From: an uncultured virus (IMG/VR IMGVR_UViG_2049941000_000719)
Taxonomy: Duplodnaviria; Heunggongvirae; Uroviricota; Caudoviricetes
IMG/VR virus record: IMGVR_UViG_2049941000_000719
DNA: 49,604 nt
Strand: one strand, 5' to 3'
Shown here: one piece after another, positions 41,592 through 49,604 of the stretch
Layout: each line of letters starts with the position of its first letter
Position numbering within the stretch: the stretch's first letter is position 1
The notes under the pieces: generated by a model
Databases searched by the model: none
What the model was told of the DNA's origin: nothing
What the model saw: the letters and a program-made list of their open reading frames with translations, nothing else
Translations under genes and position numbers: made by a program

Positions 41592-42233
41592 TCACCATTC
41601 CTCCTCGTTGTCATCATTGTCCTCATCCTCTTCACCATCCTGCTCCTCATCCGTTTTCTCGCCCAGATACCATTCTGCAATATCTTTCCAAACCTGACCG
41701 TCTTTTTTCATATCCTCGATATGTTCTCTGATAGAGATGAAATCCGAGATAGCATCTTCACAGGCTGTCATGGCGTTTTGGATGTCCGATTCCATCTGTT
41801 TGAATATTGCAATCAGTTTTGTGTCCGGTATGGGAAACGGGTCTATAACTTTATCCTTCGGATCTGCAACCCTTTCCTTTGAAAGCATCTCAAGATATTC
41901 ATGCCCCATCTTGAGTTCTATTGATGTATTCTCCAAAATACTCCTGATATCTTCCAATCCCTTGTCGTCGACTGATAAAATGTGCCCCAAAATCCTTTGA
42001 GATATCGGTAACATACGCCCGTAGGAGTCATAGTCATCGTTGTGATTGTCGTTGCAGTTTTCGCATCCGCAATCTCCGTGGCGTACGCAATTGTCATTGC
42101 AATGACAGGCTTTCTTATCCGTCGTTTTCGTTGCTGTATCCTTTACGGGATTTGTTGCTGATTTTGTCGTTGGTTTCGTCGTTGATTTTGTCGTTGGTTT
42201 CGTTGTTGATTTTGTTGTTTTCTGTGATGTCAT
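41592..42233 (-). CDS. Acidic protein with TTKS/TTKP repeats and a Cys cluster
   Basis: TTKSTTKP repeats, CHCNDNCVRHGDCGCENC, acidic tail. Confidence 0.7.
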   Translation of the reverse strand: MTSQKTTKSTTKPTTKSTTKPTTKSATNPVKDTATKTTDKKACHCNDNCVRHGDCGCENCNDNHNDDYDSYGRMLPISQRILGHILSVDDKGLEDIRSILENTSIELKMGHEYLEMLSKERVADPKDKVIDPFPIPDTKLIAIFKQMESDIQNAMTACEDAISDFISIREHIEDMKKDGQVWKDIAEWYLGEKTDEEQDGEEDEDNDDNEEEW

Positions 42234-42235
42234 GA

Positions 42236-42601
42236 TTATGCCCCCTTCGGCGGTGTCAGGATTTCGGGATTGTTGACTCTTTTCAGCGATTCATAAAACC
42301 CTTTGTATTCTTCGATGTTGTAATTCAGAGGTTCATACATACTCATAAATTTGAAAGTGGTTTTTTCAAGCAGTTTGTAAAGTATTTCATCTCCGTGAGT
42401 GAGCTTTACTGACTGTGAATGTTCAGGGTCACTTTCTTTTTTGAATTCCTGTTCCATCTCCAAAAAAGAGTGATAGATGATATCCGAGTTCATCCTGAAT
42501 ATCTTCATGAATAACTGCATATTCTCCGTGTTCTCTGTCTTTGTGAGGTTTTCCGCGATCTTCTTCCCAAACGGGCTTAATTCGTATGTGCTGTCTATCA
42601 T
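42236..42601 (-). CDS. Family G protein
   Basis: LSPFGKKIAENL..SDIIY..QEFKKE..LTHGDEILYKLLE. Confidence 0.8.
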   Translation of the reverse strand: MIDSTYELSPFGKKIAENLTKTENTENMQLFMKIFRMNSDIIYHSFLEMEQEFKKESDPEHSQSVKLTHGDEILYKLLEKTTFKFMSMYEPLNYNIEEYKGFYESLKRVNNPEILTPPKGA

Positions 42602-43029
42602 GTGGTTTTCTCCTGTTTTGCTGATTTTTTTTCGTATTCCTCTTCTTTTTCGTATTCGTCTTCCTTCATCATGTTTATCGGATATTTCTCATAACCGGAT
42701 ATCTTATCCCTGAACAGTTTGTACTCTTCAATAACGGATTTCAGAGAATATAATGCGGCATCCATCTTTCCGTAACCTACGCCGAGGACATTCATGAGGT
42801 CATAATCTCCCCGTGTAATCACTTTCCGTGATGCTTCTCCGATTCTCTCTTCCGTAAATTTCTCCGAGAGTTCTATGTATCTGTCATGGATCAACTCCGT
42901 GTACTTTCTCAATCTCTCCTCAAGCGTTTCCAAATCTTCCAAAAGATAGATATTTCCAATCTCTTTTGAGATTTTACGCCCGTGTTTGCTTAATCTTAAA
43001 GTATCCTCAATCATACTATTGTCTCCCAA
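42598..43029 (-). CDS. Family G protein
   Basis: LSKHGRKISKEI..ITRGDYDLMNVL. Confidence 0.75.
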   Translation of the reverse strand: MGDNSMIEDTLRLSKHGRKISKEIGNIYLLEDLETLEERLRKYTELIHDRYIELSEKFTEERIGEASRKVITRGDYDLMNVLGVGYGKMDAALYSLKSVIEEYKLFRDKISGYEKYPINMMKEDEYEKEEEYEKKSAKQEKTT

Positions 43030-43127
43030 TCATCCTCATCGATAATGAGAANNNNNNNNNNAGATTTCTTCATGAATCTGGTCAATCAGATTTTTTCGGT
43101 CGATAATAAAATCTTTTTCAGGTGTTG

Positions 43128-46100
43128 TCATGCTTTTTCCTCTTCATCTCTCTTTTTCCAGACTTGAATCTTTTTTATGAGCTGTAATGTGTGGTATGTT
43201 GTATATACAAACATCACAAGATTCAGGGTAAAAAACCACCAATAGGCAAATAAGACATCTTCTTCCGTTGTGTTGGGATCATGAAATGTTTCTATAAATT
43301 CATAGACTGCGGGGTTATACATATTCCACAATTCCATGCCGAATATAATTATGCCTATAAAGAAGACNNNNNNNNNNATTCTCCTTTAACCAAATCCTCA
43401 TAACAATCATTTAATTCCTGAATCGTAATTCCCTGAAAATCCGTATCTTGAGGGGTACATCTCTGAATCCTCTCGATAAGGAAATTAATGTCCTGAAGTT
43501 TGATTGTAATTTTTTCAATCAACTCATCTCTCGGATTATTTTTGATTTTGTTGTCTGTTTCGGTCATTTTAACAAATTGTTCCTATACCGTGCGGATGCA
43601 ACAATAGTGTAGTCTTAAACGAGACTGTAATTGTTCGGATGCCGCTTTTGTATTCTTCTGTCTCTTTCCTCGGTTTGCATCTGTAAATATTCGAGGAAAT
43701 CCATTTTCCTTCGTTGTTCATGGGCAAAAACATCCTCTTGGAAAGTTGTTTCATCGCTTCCCAATAAATGTCAGTCCATTCATCAAATTGCTGAGATATG
43801 TCCCTTACCCTGACAATAGGTTCTTTGTCCTGAACGAATTTGATACGTTTTCCGTTGCGGTCGGCGGACTCGATATCACAGTAAACATCGATAAACCATG
43901 CCTTGGCACCGGTATCGTAGTAGTTTTCGCATCCGGCATCTATTTCACTGTCGCGGATTGCCTGATGAGTTATCCAACACAGATCCCCGGACGACACACG
44001 GTAATCTTTTCCGTTGAATTCTCTGATTCTGTGTGTGCCCACGCAGTTCTGACAGCGATTTGGTGATATCATTCGTATTTCGCCTCCGCAGTGCAGATGA
44101 TATATACAATACNNNNNNNNNNATCGGTTCATAAAACAACATTCCTACCAAACCCATAAGAACTGCCATTAAAAGACCCCCGAAGAATCCTGTCCATAAG
44201 CCTATAAGCATACTCCATTCATCATAAACGACTAATACTGCCATCTTTTATCCTCCGGGTCAGCATTTTGAGGTAAGCACCAAGACCCAAGTTATTACCA
44301 ATGCAATTCCAAGTGCAAATCCCCAACAAAACGACACGGCAATCCAATTTTCAGACAGCACCGTATTGAAGATCCAACTGTGGATATATGTCGCCGCTAT
44401 CCAAAGCCCCGCACAGATAAATCCGGGGATTGACGGCAATATGACGATGAGACATGCGTCCTCTATATCTCCTGTTTCAGATTCAGGGGTGCCAAAGAGC
44501 GTCCTGAATAAACAAAATGTCATTCTTCAATCACCCCGTTCACCATTCTTTTTCAGAAATATCATNNNNNNNNNNCAGATACGGTTCATGCGATCCTTTA
44601 AGTTTCATTGATGCAATCTCAATTCTGCGAAGTATGCTGTACAGTAACGGTTCACAGACTATTTTTTTGGTAGCGGTATTTCCCGGCAATACTTGAGGTG
44701 AATGCGGAATGTTTTCATTTACCTGTATCTGCTCTTTAAACAACAACAATTGTTGTTTTAACCGGGAATATCCGCGGTCAATCTCGCGTACTTTCTCCGA
44801 ATCGGNNNNNNNNNNTTTTTCGAGTCTGACGAATGCAAGTTCTTTTTGAGAATCTAACATGTCAAAGAATAAATCTAATTTTTTAATATCCTTATTCAGG
44901 GATTTTCCCGTTTTGGTTCCCGGATTATTAAAAAATTTATTTATTTTTTCAAGTCCGTCGAGTATGTCCCTGTGGAAACTGTTGATATATCGAAGTGATA
45001 TCTGATCTTCGTCGATGATTTTGACCATGTTATCAATAATTGCAAGCAATTCTTCTTTATCACACTGTGTCTCTGTCATTCCTCTTTCTCCTCCGGCAAT
45101 TCAATACCGAAACATTCATGAATATTTTTCTCNNNNNNNNNNNNNNNNNNNNNNNNNNNNNNNNNNNNNNNNNNNNNNNNNNNNNNNNNNNNNNNNNNNN
45201 NNNNNNNNNNNNNNNNNNTTAATTTCAACTTTCAATTTGTCTTTCTCACGTTCTTCTTCAAGTCTTTTTTTGACGGCATCGGCATTGTAATAATGAAGTT
45301 TTTCGCGGATGTAATTGCGTGCTTCACGAACGGACGACTTTTCATCAAGTTCATCCAGTCTGTTCATGCGGTATGCATCCACAATTCCGCAAATCACACC
45401 TATTCCGAAACCTGCTCCGCCAATAAGAATAAATTCCATATTATTCCCACCTCCAATCCCTTATACTGTATAAAACATATCCAATGAATCCCACAGCAAC
45501 GCCGAGGAGAAACATGTATGCAAAAGTCACAACTTCGAGATATGCCTCAAGCATGGTTTTCCTCCGCGGCTGTCTCCCGAACCGAATCCTGAATCCGTGA
45601 TTGTTGCACGGCAGGTGTTTCGGTCGGGGTCAGTTTGCTCATATCCACATATTGGTCGATTAACCATTCAATACGCGATTCATCATCGGTGTACCCGTAG
45701 AGCAGTGCCGATAGCTCGGTTGTGCCCGTCACTTCGTGAATCCTGCCGAGGACAAAACTGTAATATGTCCAAGCGCCGTCGATGACATCCAACAGGTTTT
45801 CACGCTCTTTTTCGGTATCTATACGGAGTCTGGTCATGTCGCCCTGCCCGATTTTCGAGAGCGATTTTTTTACGGATAAGGACATCCGAGACCATTTTCC
45901 GAGGAGTTCATATTTGAGATGATTGTCGAGAAATCTGTAATCATCGCTCTGGATGTTTTCGAGTTTGTCCCCGACATCGGTAAAGTGTTCGCGGATGGTC
46001 TTGAGTTCATCTTTCGAGTCAGTATCGATTTTGTAGTTCTCATACCACTCATACAGGGTTTCCAAATCCGCCTGAATATCCGCGACGGTCTCACAGATTT

Positions 46101-46152
46101 CATTGCGGAGTTTGTAGGGTGTCGGAGTCATATGTCCGCCTCCCCTTTGCAA
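43128..46152 (-). CDS. Run of small hypothetical and membrane ORFs
   Basis: ORFs 43128, 43355, 43569 (Cys-rich), 44260 (TM), 44540, 45116 (TM), 45547. Confidence 0.55.
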
Positions 46153-48078
46153 CGCTGTATGAATTCATCGTCGAATTTTTCAGACTCGTCAACTTCCTCG
46201 ATTCCCGAAATTATCTCCTCAAAAACATTTATGGCATCGGTGACTTTCGCGTAACTGTCCTCAATACCCTCCTTTGCGTTTTCCAAAGCCTCGATGAGTT
46301 TAAGCACATCGAGGTTGTTCACGTTGTTTTGAGCATTGAATGTCGCTTCTTTTTTCAGTTTCAGAATGGACTCGTTCAGGGTGCCGAGAGTCATATCAAA
46401 CTTAGAATATGTAGGCATCCAATCCCCCCATCCGTTTTTGAGAATTTCACCTAAGATTATCCATCCGTTTCGAGTGAGACGGTATTCCCCGGTGTTGCCG
46501 TCGGAGACGTTCTCAGGGATTTCGTTACTCATGGTGTGTCCTCCCGATTTGCGTCATGGTCGGCAAGATTGGTTTGCACAAATCCGTTGTCTACGGGTTG
46601 AGGAACGGTCTTTTTGTAGTTTATCTGGACAAGACCGTTTCTGACATCCCGAACGGTATCTTCGCATTTTGTCAGAATATCTCCGCAGGGTTGAAGAGTC
46701 TCTTCAATCCGTTCGAGATACATGATGAGTTTGATGTCGTCGGCATTCTGTTTGAGCTGTGCGGCAATACCGGGATCTCCGAGATTGTTACGAAGTGAGC
46801 GCAGAAGATTACCGACTGCCGCCACACTCTGCGAGATTCTTTCCGCGGCATCGTAGAGTAACCATCCGTCGGCATAGACTTTATCTATTTTCTGAATCTC
46901 GGATTCCACACGCTGAGTTTCCGGATGAGGATATATTGCAGGCATATGTTGTCTCCCGTATTTTTTTGATTATGCTCCGTGAACTCTCACAAATTTTGTC
47001 TCGTCGGAGAGTTTTTCATAAATCTCAACGGCAGTAAGGTACGTGTAGAGAACAAACACTCCGAGTATCGGTAACAATACGAATTCCGCATAATCAAACG
47101 GGAAAGTCAAGAGCTGTTCGTGGTGAAGTATCATTCTTCCGACCAGTGCAAAAGTGAGTATTATCAGCAGGGTCAGAGTTGTTCCAAGCGAAAAGAGCGC
47201 TTTGGTGTATTCGACTACTTCACTGTCTTTTTCTTTTTTGGTAAATAAACCTCTAATTGTCATATCAATCATTCTCCGTCATGGTAACCTGTGGGGATCT
47301 GGCTGTTATCGTAAATTCTGTACAAAGGCTCCATGGTTTTACAATATATTTCATAAGCTGAATTCAGATGGTTTGATATCTCGGCAAACGACGTTTCCGA
47401 GTTTTCAAGCAGTTTCAACAGTTTCCTGTCGGTATTCGATAACGGATCATCGGTGTTCTCTTCNNNNNNNNNNATCCGCGGTTGAGATTTTCGGTAAATT
47501 CGGATAATTCCGCACGCTTTTTCATGATGTTGCTTATCGCAAGAAACATGTCGTGTGACGCGCCCATCATGCTTAAAAACCTTCTCAGGTGTTCCGCGGA
47601 ATATATGCTGAGCATATCCATCGAAATATCATTCATACCGATACACCGGTTTTTCCGTTTTTTGCGGGATGTCTATCGAAAGCGTTCTTCCTTTACTGAG
47701 CGCTTCAAGCGCGTCAAGGTATGCTTCCCGTTTTGCACGCATATACATGAATCCGTCAATTGTTTTTGTGTAGACATCCCAGACATCTTCAAGACGTTCG
47801 TATGCGTCTCTGATACATATCTCCGCGGATTGCAGGGATTTCAGAAGTTTTTCGTCTTCGGCGGTGATGCCTTTCTCGGCTCTCAGGATGTCGCTTCCGA
47901 CGGCAATTGACAGCTTGTAACGTGCGTTTTCGACTGCTTTGAGCTTGCTGTACACAAGGTATCTCGGCAGGGGTAAATCCGCGGGTTCGCTGTCGGAGAC
48001 AATCTCACCCAAAAGTCCGAATCCGTATGGACTGATGTGTTTTTGCGGGTCGTAGTCTTCGGTCTGATTGTCAGTCAT
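46128..48078 (-). CDS. Family G-like and other helical ORFs
   Basis: 46128 (LTRNGWIILGEI..PTYSK) and 47629 (ISPYGFGLLGEI..LVYSK) are paralogous; 46970 is 2-TM. Confidence 0.65.
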
Positions 48079-48120
48079 AGTGCAATACCTCCATCAACAG
48101 TGTTCTCAGTTGTTCATCGT

Positions 48121-48991
48121 TCATTCTTCCTTACCTTCTGTGAGTTTTGCCCTGTGTCGTTCAACCCATTTCTCCAAATCCTCGATCTCATCGAACAGCT
48201 GAGTTATGCCACACGAGATTGTGTTCAGGAGGTCAAGGTCGCGGGTAGTTGCAACAAGTCCTTTTGACTCGTAGGTCTCCTCCTCATTGACGGCAGTCCA
48301 CTCATCACCGTTGCGGAGCTGAATCACGAATCCCACGGACTCAACATACGTGCGGCGATTCATGCCGCCTCCGGCATCATGTAGATTGTGCGGTTACTCA
48401 CCCGAATCAGCGAGAATTTACTGTTAAGAACTCTTCCGATTCTATGCGAAGTTCTTCGCGAGAAATTCCATCTGTTGTAGCGGCAGATGTCTTTGTGAGA
48501 TACATAAATCGAACCGTCGTCTCTTATCATCTCTACGGCTTTGAGAACCGAGGTCTCAAACACGTCGGGGTCTTCTGGCGGCTCCGTGAAGTCTCGTGTC
48601 CATTTCATGTGTTCTCAACTCCGCGGATGGGTTTGACATGTGTCATAAACCCGACTTTTATGTATTTCACGTTTCGGGGGTCGCTGTGCTTTTTGGTTAT
48701 CGGCTTAAATTTGCAGATGTTTGCGCAAATCCAGATAATTTTCCCCTCGATTCCGAGTTCTAACCGTTCATTCCTCATAAAAAGAGCTTGCAGATAGGCA
48801 TCACGCCATCCGGTGAGTTCTGTGGGAAGGTCTTCTGTTCTGACAACCTGATCGGTGAACTCTTCACGTCCGCGGATATTGCCCAACCAGTCACAGTATT
48901 CGTATGCACTGGTTACGTCAATGAGGTATGCGGGTGTCTCCGAGTCTGGCGATCCTGTCGACACTTTTTCATCACATATAGTATCTGTCAT
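48121..48991 (-). CDS. Three coupled small ORFs including wHTH-like 48360..48608
   Basis: ATGA overlaps; 48360 paralog of 38286..38737. Confidence 0.65.
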
Positions 48992-49020
48992 ATTAATCTC
49001 CGAATTTTAAGAAATCCGTA

Positions 49021-49269
49021 TTAATTTTCTACATTTTCAACAATGCACCCGTTCAGATTCTTACGCATCGGGGTATATTTTACCTCATGCATACGATTCC
49101 AACTGTCCATAAACAGTTTATAGACATAATTTGAACGTGTGCGCATCTCCTGTTCAGCCCTTATGTCAATCTCGGATACGATATCGACGGGTAATCTGAC
49201 ACTGACCAAAAGGGTCTTGGTTTGGGGTTGTTCATAACCCCGCGGTTTTACAGTTGTTTTTTCGATCAA
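49021..49269 (-). CDS. Ribbon-helix-helix (CopG-like) regulator
   Basis: LVSVRLPVDIVSEIDIRAEQEMRTRSNYV. Confidence 0.75.
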   Translation of the reverse strand: MIEKTTVKPRGYEQPQTKTLLVSVRLPVDIVSEIDIRAEQEMRTRSNYVYKLFMDSWNRMHEVKYTPMRKNLNGCIVENVEN

Positions 49270-49439
49270 TTATATCACCTGCACTCTCAAAACGCTGTCA
49301 TACGGTGATAACCAATACACCGATTTNNNNNNNNNNGATTAATTGTATGTAAGTGGTCATACTATAAATAATCATATGTAACAAATGCTGACAAAAGGTA
49401 TAGTTATAGTATAAATATGATATTGAATAATACTAAATT

Positions 49440-49604
49440 ATGAGTGTTACAGGTTGTCGGTTAGCGTTTAAGGTAGACAAGGAGTTGTACGATCAGTGTT
49501 TTACCTTGGCAAAAAACAATTCACAAACCCTTGCGGGATGGGTGCGGCAGGCAATGAAGGAGAAAGCCGAGAGAGAACTTTCTCAGAAAAATACCATGAA
49601 CAAT
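49440..49604 (+). CDS. Ribbon-helix-helix regulator (runs off window end)
   Basis: Read manually: MSVTGCRLAFKVDKELYDQCFTLAKNNSQTLAGWVRQAMKEK; TATAAATA at 49410. Confidence 0.7.
   Translation, partial: MSVTGCRLAFKVDKELYDQCFTLAKNNSQTLAGWVRQAMKEKAERELSQKNTMNN

Larger units (their letters stand above)
1..49604. mobile_element. Archaeal virus/provirus-like element (probable methanogen host)
   Basis: Dense short hypothetical ORFs in long co-oriented operons with ATGA overlaps, tyrosine recombinase, orphan MTases, tRNAs, RHH regulators, no housekeeping genes; archaeal-type promoters and proteins. Confidence 0.8.

Noticed and set aside
36489..49024. Plus-strand ORFs antisense to the right-arm genes (and similar ones in the left arm)
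   Set aside because: Shadow frames without RBS or paralogy; minus-strand frames are coupled and conserved
1..49604. Diversity-generating retroelement or retron explaining paralogs and ncRNAs
   Set aside because: No reverse transcriptase and no adenine-specific TR/VR pair seen in this window

Overview
Gappy scaffold (many 10-N joins, some blocks locally out of order) of a large archaeal virus/provirus-like element, probably of a Methanomicrobiales-type methanogen (inferred from an archaeal A24 prepilin peptidase, a Zn-ribbon tyrosine recombinase, a DUF6293-like CARF-wHTH regulator, RHH regulators, TATA promoters and an archaeal initiator-type tRNA). No capsid, terminase, polymerase or cas gene is recognisable. 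Layout: (1) 1-15.4 kb, about 30 small basic, Tyr-rich paralogous genes sharing a K/R-rich N-terminal peptide and a dedicated promoter motif; (2) 16.25-18.15 kb, a non-coding RNA island with 5-6 promoter-driven stem-closed RNAs (conserved CAATAC/GTATTG stem, covariation, variable loops), a cas-less type I-E-like mini-CRISPR plus solitary repeats, an atypical initiator tRNA-Met and a CAA-anticodon paralog; (3) 18.2-24.4 kb, plus-strand hypotheticals and regulators; (4) 24.8-38.3 kb, P-loop ATPase, prepilin peptidase, radical SAM, three orphan DNA methyltransferases, recombinase, ASCH and a PAPS-reductase-family gene, with two modification genes frameshifted exactly at simple-sequence repeats; (5) 36-49 kb, acidic helical paralogs ending in a divergent RHH/RHH pair. 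The best candidate for a new system is the ncRNA island. Family assignments are from motif recognition only; no searches were run.
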